Positions 1-9,046 of a stretch of DNA of 64,000 bases are shown here, one piece after another. The stretch lies in the IMG/VR virus record IMGVR_UViG_3300021964_000026, positions 1-64,000 of that record. One strand, written 5' to 3'. The notes under the pieces were generated by a model. It was not told where the DNA came from, did not search any database, and saw nothing but the letters and a program-made list of their open reading frames with translations. Position 1 is the stretch's first letter, and the number at the start of each line of letters is the position of its first letter. Origin of the DNA: a virus. The position numbers and the translations under genes are program-made.

Positions 1-555
1 GATGCCGCTGTTGCTGTGCTGACCAAGGCACAGTCCAACGGGTCGGGTGTCTACATGGACATCAACGGAGGAAAGACCTTCATTGAGCCATCCCAACTCG
101 CCTCCCGTCTCGGCTGGGGCGAGGACTATTGGCTCATGTCTGCCGCCTTTGAGATGCTCCGCATTGCTCCGAAGCGTTCCGTCAACCGAGCCGACCACTT
201 CAACCCGAAGACCGGAAAGCGATACAAGACCCGTCAAGCCTTCTCGGAATTGGTTGCCACCAAGGACCCCACCAAAACCGCTCGCCGTCGCAACTTCTTG
301 AAGCGCATCGCCGCTTTCATCATCACCGAGTCGGGGGCCAACTTCTACAACCACCGCTTCGCTTACTACATCACCGATGAAGCCGCCGAGGACATCCACG
401 CCGCCATTCACCTCAACACCGAGGTGGCCTCATCCAAGGTCATTGGTGGCAAAGCCGCTTCATGGCTGTGGCCCTACGAAGAAGCCAATTGGAAGAGCAA
501 CGGCTCCAAGGCCGAAGCCGCCCCCACCGGTGGCTTCTCCCTCAACGACCTTTGA
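1..555 (+). CDS. Hypothetical protein, 5'-truncated by the window edge
   Basis: Frame is open from base 1 (DAAVAVLTKA...) to TGA 553-555, with C-ending codon bias like the other + strand genes. Confidence 0.8.
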   Translation, partial: DAAVAVLTKAQSNGSGVYMDINGGKTFIEPSQLASRLGWGEDYWLMSAAFEMLRIAPKRSVNRADHFNPKTGKRYKTRQAFSELVATKDPTKTARRRNFLKRIAAFIITESGANFYNHRFAYYITDEAAEDIHAAIHLNTEVASSKVIGGKAASWLWPYEEANWKSNGSKAEAAPTGGFSLNDL

Positions 556-597
556 GGCGACACAGTAGCCCAACCAACGGACACACCCAACCATTCA

Positions 598-925
598 CGC
601 TGGCCCAGCGACACAGGGCCACCCACCGGAGGCCGTCCCCGCTTCGGCGGGGTCGGCTTCCACCTTTTTTTTTATGTCTCACAACGGCTGTGCTACCGCT
701 TCGCCGTTGCTCTCTCTTGACATAAAAAACAAGGTTCACGCCGACCGTATGGTTGGAGACTCGCGTCTATCCTATGTTCTCCATCAGCGAGAATATCTCA
801 TGCTCTCGTCAAGCACGCACGATTCTTCATGCCCTTGACATATCACCTGTCGCTGTTCAAGCGACGCTTCACATTCACCTCGTAGCATTTCCCTCTCCCG
901 CTACGCTCATGTAGCCTCGTGCTAC
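598..925. ncRNA. Candidate structured non-coding element (pseudoknot plus about 9 stems)
   Basis: Back-to-back inverted repeats in a non-coding gap; stems are listed in findings. Confidence 0.4.
628..673 (+). terminator. GC-rich hairpin with cUUCGg tetraloop followed by T9
   Basis: GGAGGCCG-T-CCCCGC-TTCG-GCGGGG-T-CGGCTTCC (628-661), then TTTTTTTTT at 665-673. Confidence 0.75.
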
Positions 926-989
926 CTCAACATTTGACACCGCGTCTATTCACAATCACAACACGACTCTTCTCGCGAATCTTACGCAC

Positions 990-1045
990 TTCTAATAAGA
1001 ATAATATAATCTATTTCTATAATAAGAATCCAATAATAACAAGAA
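990..1045 (+). promoter_or_regulatory. AT-rich block upstream of the early operon (promoter or origin candidate)
   Basis: TAATAAGAAT occurs twice in a strongly AT-rich patch within GC-balanced sequence, directly before the helicase start. Confidence 0.5.
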
Positions 1046-1049
1046 AGGA

Positions 1050-2663
1050 ATGAAAGACATGACATTGAACATCGGAAACATAACCATTGACAGCACCCAC
1101 ACCAGCGACGACATCCCGTTGCTTGACATCGGGACCATCAACACCTCAACCTTTGAGGATGTGATGAGCATTGAGGTTCAAGCGAAAATGCGAGCAAGCC
1201 TCCCATCCAACCGAACAGGTGAGCAGTTGCTTGAAGGTGCGAGGGAGTGGCAAGCGCGAGCCTACAACATGTGGCTTGGCCTATCCAAGAAGCGCATGTG
1301 TGTCAAGGCGGCAACAGGTGCAGGTAAGACTCGTCTCGCCACCACCATCATTCACAATTGGTTGACCGACCAAGCGCATGCTGTTCCCAACAAGCGACAG
1401 ACCGTTGTGTTTGTCGTTCCCTCCAAGTCCCTGCTGATACAGACCAAGCAAACCCTTCTCGCTTGGGACTTGAGCATCGGCCTCATCGGTGGCGGCTACA
1501 AGCAGACCTCTCCCAACAAGGATGTCTACATCACCACCTACAACTCCCTTCACAAAGTGTCCTCGCTCAAGCACATCAAGGAAGCGAATGTCCTTCTCGT
1601 TCTTGACGAATGTCATCGGGCAGGTGGAGAGAAAGCACTCGCGAAACTCAAGAAGTTTCAAGGCAATGCTTGTCTTCTCCTTAGCGCAACACCAAACCGT
1701 AGCGATGGCGTTTGTGTCATGCACGAGATGAACACCCACCCCGAAGGCGCACCTTGTAGTGGTGGCGACAGTTGCAAAGCGGGTATTCACTTTGAGTTGT
1801 CCCTCATTGAAGGCATCAAACAATCACGCAACGGTGATGACGCGTTGGACTTTACCTTCCACATCGTGCATTGCACCATGACTCCTGCCGAACAGATTGA
1901 ATACGACGATTTGAGTGAGCGCATCAGCAAAAAATATCACAAGTGCTACAAGATGGTCAGCGAATCCTACGGTGGCAACCCACACAACCTGTTTGACCGA
2001 TGCAATTGGTCGCTTCCACCCAATGTCAAGCGCGAGTTGGCAATCTATCAAGCCCTGTGCAATCAGCGTAAGCGACTGATGAACGACATGGACTCTCGCT
2101 ATGACTACGCACAACAAATCCTCAACCTTTCCATTGGGCGCAAGTCTGCGCTCTTCCATGAAACCATCTTCGGTATTGAACGCCTTCACGGTATGTGCAT
2201 GGAGTTGGGTATCCATCCCCATGTCTACCACAGCGGAGTCAGCGAGTTGCCTCCCGATGTGTTCATCACTTACCCCGAACTCAACAACCCATCATTCATC
2301 CGACGCTTCTCCCAATGGGGCGACGAGTCCGACAAAGAGTTGCGACGATGGATGCGCTCTCCATCCGACGCGCTTCTCACATGCAAGTCGTTGAAGGAGG
2401 GTTTCAATGCACCCGATTTATCAGTCCTCGTAATGATGAGCGGAACAAATCAAGTGCGCTCTCGTGTTCAAACCATTGGTCGTGCTTTCCGAGGCACAGG
2501 CCACAAAGACATCGTGATGTTTGTCTATCCCAGCGGAGACAGCGAGCGACCAAGCGGTGATGAACGCTCACTCTCGCAACTCATTCACGATACAGGCACA
2601 CCCGCCGAGAACATCGCATGGCACACCAACGGGCTGAACCCAGCCCATTTCATAGTCCAATGA
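1050..2663 (+). CDS. Superfamily 2 (DExH, XPB/ResIII-like) helicase
   Basis: Motif I AATGAGKT, motif II DECH, motif III SAT, motif V LKEGFNAP, motif VI QTIGRAFR. Confidence 0.9.
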   Translation: MKDMTLNIGNITIDSTHTSDDIPLLDIGTINTSTFEDVMSIEVQAKMRASLPSNRTGEQLLEGAREWQARAYNMWLGLSKKRMCVKAATGAGKTRLATTIIHNWLTDQAHAVPNKRQTVVFVVPSKSLLIQTKQTLLAWDLSIGLIGGGYKQTSPNKDVYITTYNSLHKVSSLKHIKEANVLLVLDECHRAGGEKALAKLKKFQGNACLLLSATPNRSDGVCVMHEMNTHPEGAPCSGGDSCKAGIHFELSLIEGIKQSRNGDDALDFTFHIVHCTMTPAEQIEYDDLSERISKKYHKCYKMVSESYGGNPHNLFDRCNWSLPPNVKRELAIYQALCNQRKRLMNDMDSRYDYAQQILNLSIGRKSALFHETIFGIERLHGMCMELGIHPHVYHSGVSELPPDVFITYPELNNPSFIRRFSQWGDESDKELRRWMRSPSDALLTCKSLKEGFNAPDLSVLVMMSGTNQVRSRVQTIGRAFRGTGHKDIVMFVYPSGDSERPSGDERSLSQLIHDTGTPAENIAWHTNGLNPAHFIVQ

Positions 2664-2691
2664 GACAAACAAAAAAAACAAGGTGAAAAAT

Positions 2692-3099
2692 ATGAACCAA
2701 GAAAAACAATACCAACCAGCAGGTTGCATGACAGAACGCGAAGCAGTTGAGCGACTTGCTCAACGCCGATACAAGACACGCCAAGAGCGAGGTTTCGCTC
2801 ACCCCCAAGCGCGACCAAGCATTACTTTTGAGAATGCTGAAGGCCACAAGATGAAAGCATGGCGAAGCAAGCACGCTGTCCATGTGCGACGAGTCGGAAC
2901 GAGCGTTTGCGCTACGGTGACTTACAACCTTCCTCGCACACACACCACCGATGTGCCGAAGTCTTCGCCCTTCGCTGGCTGGACTGTCATTGAACTCCGA
3001 AGAGAGTGCCGTTTCCTCGGCCTCAAAGTGAGTGGAAACAAGAGCCAACTCTTCCGCCGCCTCAACAACAACCTCCACCTCCGAGGTGAAGAAGAATGA
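2692..3099 (+). CDS. SAP-domain DNA-binding protein
   Basis: C-terminal WTVIELRRECRFLGLKVSGNKSQLFRRL fits the SAP motif; AGGTGA SD precedes ATG 2692. Confidence 0.75.
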   Translation: MNQEKQYQPAGCMTEREAVERLAQRRYKTRQERGFAHPQARPSITFENAEGHKMKAWRSKHAVHVRRVGTSVCATVTYNLPRTHTTDVPKSSPFAGWTVIELRRECRFLGLKVSGNKSQLFRRLNNNLHLRGEEE

Positions 3100-3593
3100 G
3101 CGATGACATTCGTTCCTTCACCGTTCACCCCATCATCCTCACCCACAGCGGTGCGCGTGTTGAAGAACCACGACGCATGACTCATCGTGAAGTTGTCAAC
3201 TTCATGAACGCAACCAACGAATCAACAGGTGTCGGCGTTCGCTTCGCGCTTACCGGCGAGAGAGCGAAAGTCATTGCTCGTCAACACGACATTGACAATG
3301 GCCTCCAAGTGATGCGCTTCTTCAAAGTCTGCTTCCGACATGAAGGTGCAGACTACACCACCACCATCACCGTTCCCACCAGCGAAAGACTCTACCTCGC
3401 TGGGGGTTGTGCATTCTACATCCCTGCGGGTGCTGACTACCGCGAGATGGAACATGTTCTCAACCTCCGACGGAAAGCCTCGCTCAAACTCGCCATGCAA
3501 TCCATGTTCGCTGAAGAAACGCGCTACGCTGATTGGCTCGTTGAGGAATCAAACCTCATTGTCATTGATGAAGTTGAGGGTGATGACCAATGA
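3096..3593 (+). CDS. Hypothetical protein
   Basis: ATGA overlap with the upstream gene and GAGGTGA SD. Confidence 0.8.
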   Translation: MSDDIRSFTVHPIILTHSGARVEEPRRMTHREVVNFMNATNESTGVGVRFALTGERAKVIARQHDIDNGLQVMRFFKVCFRHEGADYTTTITVPTSERLYLAGGCAFYIPAGADYREMEHVLNLRRKASLKLAMQSMFAEETRYADWLVEESNLIVIDEVEGDDQ

Positions 3594-3778
3594 GCGACAA
3601 GCCAAACATCACCGTCATCACCGATGAGTGCATCTACGAAGAGTTTGGAGATGTCTCAACCCAAGCCGTTCTTCCACGCGACTTTCACAAAGCGTGGAGA
3701 CAGGCACAAAAAGCGCGCAAGATGATGCGCATTCACAGTCCACAGGACACCAAGAAAAACAAGGAGGAAAAACAATGA
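3590..3778 (+). CDS. Small hypothetical protein
   Basis: ATGA overlaps at both ends; GGGTGA SD. Confidence 0.75.
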   Translation: MSDKPNITVITDECIYEEFGDVSTQAVLPRDFHKAWRQAQKARKMMRIHSPQDTKKNKEEKQ

Positions 3779-4194
3779 CCCCGAAACCCAAGACCAAGAA
3801 GCCCCACAACCCGAAGCACCGCCGCGTCTCGTTCCGCAAGGCACGACTGATGCGCGAAGCAGAAGCCAAGATGCCGCGCCTTGATTGCGGTTGCATTGAC
3901 TACAACGACGACGCGTTTGTCGGTTGTGAATCGTGCGGCTACAAGTCATGCCTTGACCACCACCACATTGACAGCACCCCTGCGAATGTGGATGATTGGA
4001 AATGCAAAGAAGGCTACGGATGCAAGTCGCACTACAACTGCACGCGCTGTGGACACATGGGTGAGAACAACCTCGTTCACGAAGTCGGCATGGTCTGTGA
4101 TGGTTGCATGACCAAAGAAGATTGGCGTGTTTGGGACTTGGAGAACCGCAAGTCCAACCCCGACTCATACGACTCACGAGGTGAAGAAGAATGA
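3775..4194 (+). CDS. Cys-rich multi-Zn-finger protein
   Basis: CGC, CESC, CTRC and CDGC motifs; AGGAGG SD and ATGA overlap at 3775. Confidence 0.75.
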   Translation: MTPKPKTKKPHNPKHRRVSFRKARLMREAEAKMPRLDCGCIDYNDDAFVGCESCGYKSCLDHHHIDSTPANVDDWKCKEGYGCKSHYNCTRCGHMGENNLVHEVGMVCDGCMTKEDWRVWDLENRKSNPDSYDSRGEEE

Positions 4195-4544
4195 TTGCAG
4201 ACCGACGCGAACCTCATGAAATGGAAGCGCGCATCTTTGTCGTCATGCACGACAAGTTTCTCAGCGGTTTCGGACATGCCCCTTCTCGCTCATTCCTTGT
4301 TGTCGCATGCCCCACCACCAGCCTCGCTGAACAAGTGGCTTATCATGCGGAGAACCGACGCACCGAGATGAGGCGCGTCAGCATTCGCTACGGCACACTC
4401 AAGAGCGCACTCTCATCACGCCGACTACGCGGTGGCGACCATGCCTCCGTCATCGGTGTTGATTCTCATTGGCTCGGCTGGCCTTTCAACGAGGCCAACG
4501 AGTCGTCAATCAAAACCCAATGGAACAAGGAGGAATCCGAATGA
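4191..4544 (+). CDS. Hypothetical protein
   Basis: ATGA-coupled ORF with GAGGTGA SD. Confidence 0.75.
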   Translation: MIADRREPHEMEARIFVVMHDKFLSGFGHAPSRSFLVVACPTTSLAEQVAYHAENRRTEMRRVSIRYGTLKSALSSRRLRGGDHASVIGVDSHWLGWPFNEANESSIKTQWNKEESE

Positions 4545-5383
4545 AGAAACCATACCAAAAGAAATACCGACCCAACCAGCCCGAAGACCTGCACAGCAAC
4601 GGAAAAGTCAACCGACTCGCTTTCGTTTCGCGCATCGTCAACACCGAGAACAAACACCTGTCCGTCAAGGAAGCGTGGTCATTGACCAACAAGCGCGACG
4701 CCAAAGACATCGGACTCACCCAAACACGATTCGGTGCGGCACTCTCCGCCGCCGTTCGTAGTGGCCGACTTGACAAGACGCGAATCCAAGAGACTCCCAC
4801 GAAGACTGTTGTTGTGTTCCACCCAATCAACATGAAGCCGATGGGTCTTGACATTCCTGTTCCTCTCTACACGCGGGACACCACCAACGACAACGATGTG
4901 TTCACCTTTGACGACGACGACGACCTCTCTACCTTTGATGACTACGAACAGGCAGAAGCGGCAGTCAACAGCAAGCCCGATGCTGTCAAGGTTGCCGAGC
5001 AGGTCATCGCTGGACTCCCTGCCGATGGCCCAACTGTCTCCGACACTCCCCCCACTTTGGATGCGTTCTCCTTCAACGAAGACGAACCGAAGGAAGACTT
5101 TGTGGACTACATGGAAAGGCGGAAGAAAGAAAACGATGAGGCAGAAGAGGCGCGTCTCGCTGGACTCTCTTCTACCATCCAACACCACTTCACAGCGGAA
5201 CAGTTGCTTGACACACTCAACGCATTGAACCCCAACCTCCATGATGATGTTCTTGTCGCAGTCTACGAAGCACTCGGCAAGCCTGTCTATGATGGACTCG
5301 GCTCGCTTCTTGAACCACTACCGCGCAAGACTGAACACATGTCTTGGGCTTTCATCAACGGAAACTTGGTGGTGAAGCAATGA
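4541..5383 (+). CDS. Hypothetical protein (basic, possibly wHTH N-terminus; acidic middle)
   Basis: AGGAGG SD and ATGA overlap at 4541; D/E-rich linker. Confidence 0.75.
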   Translation: MKKPYQKKYRPNQPEDLHSNGKVNRLAFVSRIVNTENKHLSVKEAWSLTNKRDAKDIGLTQTRFGAALSAAVRSGRLDKTRIQETPTKTVVVFHPINMKPMGLDIPVPLYTRDTTNDNDVFTFDDDDDLSTFDDYEQAEAAVNSKPDAVKVAEQVIAGLPADGPTVSDTPPTLDAFSFNEDEPKEDFVDYMERRKKENDEAEEARLAGLSSTIQHHFTAEQLLDTLNALNPNLHDDVLVAVYEALGKPVYDGLGSLLEPLPRKTEHMSWAFINGNLVVKQ

Positions 5384-5643
5384 AGCCAACACCAATCCCC
5401 GAAGACGGCTGGACTGACGCTGACATCGGACGCGAAGTGGTTCTCAAGATGCCTCACGGCACGCTTGTTCAAGACCGCATCGTGTTCATCAACACTCACG
5501 ACGGTGGACAATACATCGGTCCCGCGACAGAACTCGGTGCGCTTGCCGCACGCATGAGTTATGTCATTCCCATTCTCCTTGAGCATGATGCTTTCATCAT
5601 GAGCATGGACGACGACACAGAAAAACAAGGTGATGAACAATGA
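5380..5643 (+). CDS. Hypothetical protein
   Basis: GGTGGTGA SD and ATGA overlap. Confidence 0.7.
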   Translation: MKPTPIPEDGWTDADIGREVVLKMPHGTLVQDRIVFINTHDGGQYIGPATELGALAARMSYVIPILLEHDAFIMSMDDDTEKQGDEQ

Positions 5644-6044
5644 CCCCCGAAGAAGAACAATGGAGAAACAATACCCTGCAACGCATTGCTGTTGATATGC
5701 TGACGCGCATTGACAGCGGCGCACGAATGACCAGCGACGGCATCGCTCGCTACATGATGGACTTGGTTGCCAACTACGGCTACACCTCTTACGAAGAAGT
5801 GGCGAAGCGCGTGCTTGCAATCTTTCATTCAAACCCCGACAACTTCTGTGGTGATACCCCACTACGGTATCACAACCTCACGCTTGTGTGGCGAGAGCAA
5901 TTCCCCGAATCCTACGAAGCACATCAACAACGACTACGCGCACAGCAGGGCTTGGACAAGGTGAACAAGACCGTTGTTGACATGATGATGGATGACATGA
6001 GTCGCGGCTTCGTCGGCTTTGAACCAACGGAGGGAAGCGAATGA
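5640..6044 (+). CDS. Hypothetical protein
   Basis: AGGTGA SD and ATGA overlap. Confidence 0.75.
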   Translation: MTPEEEQWRNNTLQRIAVDMLTRIDSGARMTSDGIARYMMDLVANYGYTSYEEVAKRVLAIFHSNPDNFCGDTPLRYHNLTLVWREQFPESYEAHQQRLRAQQGLDKVNKTVVDMMMDDMSRGFVGFEPTEGSE

Positions 6045-6595
6045 CCTTCAACCAAGACAACTTCAACCTGCTCATCAGCGACAAGCGCACCGTCATCTCG
6101 TTCACCAACAACGACGCTGGAAACGGTAAGCGCAACATCATCATGGATGCAATCATCCGACCACACTCGTTCCTTCTCAACGAGAAGAAGACGGGCATCA
6201 TCAATCCGCACCGAAGCATGTCCAACATTCCTGTTGAATATGTCCGCGCTTGTCCACGATGTCATGATGATTGGTTCCCTGTTCAGCAAACCTACACGAG
6301 TGGAAAAGCAGACTACACGACTTACACCTGCGCCAACAAGTGCGGTGTTTCAATCTGCGATGACACCTTCAATCGTTTCAGTCCGCGCGGTATCAAAGTT
6401 GATAAACCCTCAACGACAGGAGAAACTATGGCGCGCGCCACAGAAACATTCACACTTGACATCGGCGACATCACAATTGATGTTGGCGACATCACAATTG
6501 ACTTGGGCGGAGTTGACTCCGCGCAAGACGAACCCACCATCGTGAACACCGATGTTCTTGACATCGGAGACATCACCATCGGAGGTGAGGAATGA
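6041..6595 (+). CDS. Zn-ribbon protein with C-terminal LDIGDITID repeats
   Basis: CPRC...CANKC; tail reads LDIGDITIDVGDITIDLGG...LDIGDITIGG. Confidence 0.8.
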   Translation: MTFNQDNFNLLISDKRTVISFTNNDAGNGKRNIIMDAIIRPHSFLLNEKKTGIINPHRSMSNIPVEYVRACPRCHDDWFPVQQTYTSGKADYTTYTCANKCGVSICDDTFNRFSPRGIKVDKPSTTGETMARATETFTLDIGDITIDVGDITIDLGGVDSAQDEPTIVNTDVLDIGDITIGGEE

Positions 6596-6780
6596 TGCGT
6601 CGCTTTGAAACAGCAACCAATTCAAAAGACGACGCGTTCTTTTACATTCACATCGTTCACGACGAAGAAAAAGAACAACAACAACAACTCAATGACTTCA
6701 AGAAAGTCATTGAGATATATTGCGAGAACTTGAAGTCTCGCACATCACAGTCCAACGGACACAAAACAAAGGAGGCCTAA
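6592..6780 (+). CDS. Small hypothetical protein
   Basis: GGAGGTGA SD and ATGA overlap. Confidence 0.6.
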   Translation: MMRRFETATNSKDDAFFYIHIVHDEEKEQQQQLNDFKKVIEIYCENLKSRTSQSNGHKTKEA

Positions 6781-6782
6781 AA

Positions 6783-8825
6783 ATGGAAAATGAAACCCCC
6801 AACGGAGCCAGCACACGGACTGCCATCATCGGTAGTTTGGTAGAAAACAAAACGACGGAGTCGGTGGTGTGGGTGCAAGCAACGCACCAAGAAGCACCAC
6901 TCGCCATCCCTGCACCATGCGTCGCCGCGAAGGTAGACTGCGGAGAGATGACCGTGTTCTGTTTACAGAACGCGGAATCACACGGCACACTTGTTGAAGT
7001 TGCCACCTTCCCGCAATACACCAACTACGACACGCAAGGCAACCGCGCCCTTCAAGACGCGGTTGACATGTGGGTTGAGTTCGGCGAGACGCTACCAACT
7101 GCACCACCATCCCTTGACATCGGTGAGGTCAGCCTTGACCTTGACCTTGACATCGGGACCATTGACATCGGTGGAGACGACAGCACACCCAACTTTGGAG
7201 ACGCGCTGAACATTGAACTCGCCGACCATGTGTTGGCCGAGAACGAGACGACGGAAGAGGCCGCTGTAAAGAAGGCCAAGAAGAAGTTGTCCGCGATGGA
7301 GAAGGCGAAGAAGGCTCGCGAAGAACGGTTCGCCGAGTCCGCCAAAATCAAGGACAACCTCAACTCCGACATCAGCAAGGCGATGGCTGACGGAAAGCGA
7401 CACGAAGACTTCGGTCCTTGGAACTTCCGCACCAAGACCTACGACATGGTTGCGCGCTCAACCGACCCCATCACAGGTGAGACTTCCTACCACGAAGTCT
7501 CATCCGAGAAGGGCGACACTCGCGTTCGTGCCATCTTCAACCCAACGCTGGCGACACAGGACAACCCACTTGGTCATTGTTTGAACCGAGCCATCGGTCC
7601 CAACTTCGTCCCTGTTGAACACCCCGATGTCTTCGTCCCCATCATTCAAACGGTGCGCGGAATCAACGAATCCAACGGCTGTGTCTACGAACTCAAGGAG
7701 GGCGACAAGGTTGCTTCGCTTGTGTCGGGTCAAGAACTCATCACTTGGGACGCGTTCTCTTTCAACAAGGGTGCGCGTGCCATGATTAACCTTGACTTGA
7801 CGGGCTACTCAACCAAGACTCGCAAGGAATCGGCAAAGGGACTGTCTGCCTTCGGGTATGTCAACCTGTCCGCGAACCGAATCAGCGACGCGCTTGTTGA
7901 GGAACAGGGTGGACACCGTGTTGGTGTCTCCATCATCAACTCCCACGACGGTAAGTCCGCGCTTCAAGCCTTCATGTCTGTGCTTCGCACCTACTGTGGC
8001 AACCTCGCCGCACGCGGTGGTGTTCAAGCCCTGCTCATGGCTGGCGACCGCACGAAGATTCGCCACATGGAAGGTGTTGTCTCGGAGTTTGACCCCGAAC
8101 AGTTCGCGAGCCAACTCGGTGCGGCCATGCTTGAGTCGCACAAGAACATGGTTGCGATGCACATTCTGCGCCACCTCCCCATTGAAGCCAATGTGTTTGA
8201 CAAGGTGATGACTTCCTTTGCTTCCCACCGCTTGGTTGCACAACCATCCCTCACCATTGAGGCTGGCGATGTTGACCAAATCCCACGAGACGAGAAGGGC
8301 AACCTCATCGTCAACGCGGCGATGATGACGAAGGATGCTGTCAAGGTCGGACACGGCCACGCTTACAACGCCATGATGCAGGGTTGGATGAACCCCGACC
8401 TTGACTATGTGGCGATGGGTGAGAACGGCTCCGAACTTGACCGCGAGTCAGTCGGCACGATGTTCCACGCCGCGCAAGCATTGACGGGAACCATCACGCA
8501 CAACCCAATCTTCTCCGATGGCAAGCGCGTTCTTCACGGACAGAAGCAGGGCATTGAGTTGCTGATGAAGAAGTCCGACACCGCCGTGAACCTCCTTGAA
8601 GAGATTGCCTTCGGTGCTGTTGATGCCTACGCCGCACACACAGGCCAGCCTGTGGATGACCTCTCGGCGATGGGCCAATGGGTCGCTGACAACCCCGACC
8701 AATTCAAGGTTCCTTACTCCAAGACGAAGAACGGAAAGAAAGTGATGACCCCCATCACCGAAATCCCCGCGTTCATGGACACTTGGAACTACAAGGTCAA
8801 GACCGTCACGGTCAACAAGGCTTGA
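6783..8825 (+). CDS. DUF932 (TIGR03299-like) phage/plasmid protein with N-terminal extension
   Basis: IINSHDGKSAL...LRTYCGN matches the family's NSHDG...R..C.N signature; GGAGG SD precedes ATG 6783. Confidence 0.75.
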   Translation: MENETPNGASTRTAIIGSLVENKTTESVVWVQATHQEAPLAIPAPCVAAKVDCGEMTVFCLQNAESHGTLVEVATFPQYTNYDTQGNRALQDAVDMWVEFGETLPTAPPSLDIGEVSLDLDLDIGTIDIGGDDSTPNFGDALNIELADHVLAENETTEEAAVKKAKKKLSAMEKAKKAREERFAESAKIKDNLNSDISKAMADGKRHEDFGPWNFRTKTYDMVARSTDPITGETSYHEVSSEKGDTRVRAIFNPTLATQDNPLGHCLNRAIGPNFVPVEHPDVFVPIIQTVRGINESNGCVYELKEGDKVASLVSGQELITWDAFSFNKGARAMINLDLTGYSTKTRKESAKGLSAFGYVNLSANRISDALVEEQGGHRVGVSIINSHDGKSALQAFMSVLRTYCGNLAARGGVQALLMAGDRTKIRHMEGVVSEFDPEQFASQLGAAMLESHKNMVAMHILRHLPIEANVFDKVMTSFASHRLVAQPSLTIEAGDVDQIPRDEKGNLIVNAAMMTKDAVKVGHGHAYNAMMQGWMNPDLDYVAMGENGSELDRESVGTMFHAAQALTGTITHNPIFSDGKRVLHGQKQGIELLMKKSDTAVNLLEEIAFGAVDAYAAHTGQPVDDLSAMGQWVADNPDQFKVPYSKTKNGKKVMTPITEIPAFMDTWNYKVKTVTVNKA

Positions 8826-8868
8826 GCCAAGCGTGCTGATTGAATAACACGGCCACCCCAACTATCTA

Positions 8869-8994
8869 CCCTGTTCGCGGTCAGGGAAAACAAAACCGCG
8901 TCTTTCTCAAGGGGGGAGCGCATGCATTGCATCCCACCCCGCACAGTCTTCCTTGTTCATTTTGACTGATGCGCTCCCCCCACCCTCCCCTTGA
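8869..8994 (+). ncRNA. Candidate 3'-UTR RNA structure: H-type pseudoknot plus 13-bp GC stem
   Basis: CCCTG/CAGGG and CGCGGT/ACCGCG form a pseudoknot (8869-8900); GGGGGGAGCGCAT (8911-8923) pairs with ATGCGCTCCCCCC (8969-8981). Confidence 0.5.
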
Positions 8995-9046
8995 CAGATG
9001 GTTGCCTCATGGAATGATGACGCGCTATCCAAGAACGGTGAAAACA

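Noticed and set aside
716-842. TTGACA hexamers as bacterial -35 boxes
   Set aside because: No properly spaced -10 elements, the gene content is archaeal, and TTGAC is inflated by TCGA avoidance.
8869-8900. preQ1-I riboswitch
   Set aside because: Size and A-rich loop are similar, but stem 2 is fully paired with no loop-2 cytidine, and there are no queuosine-related genes nearby.
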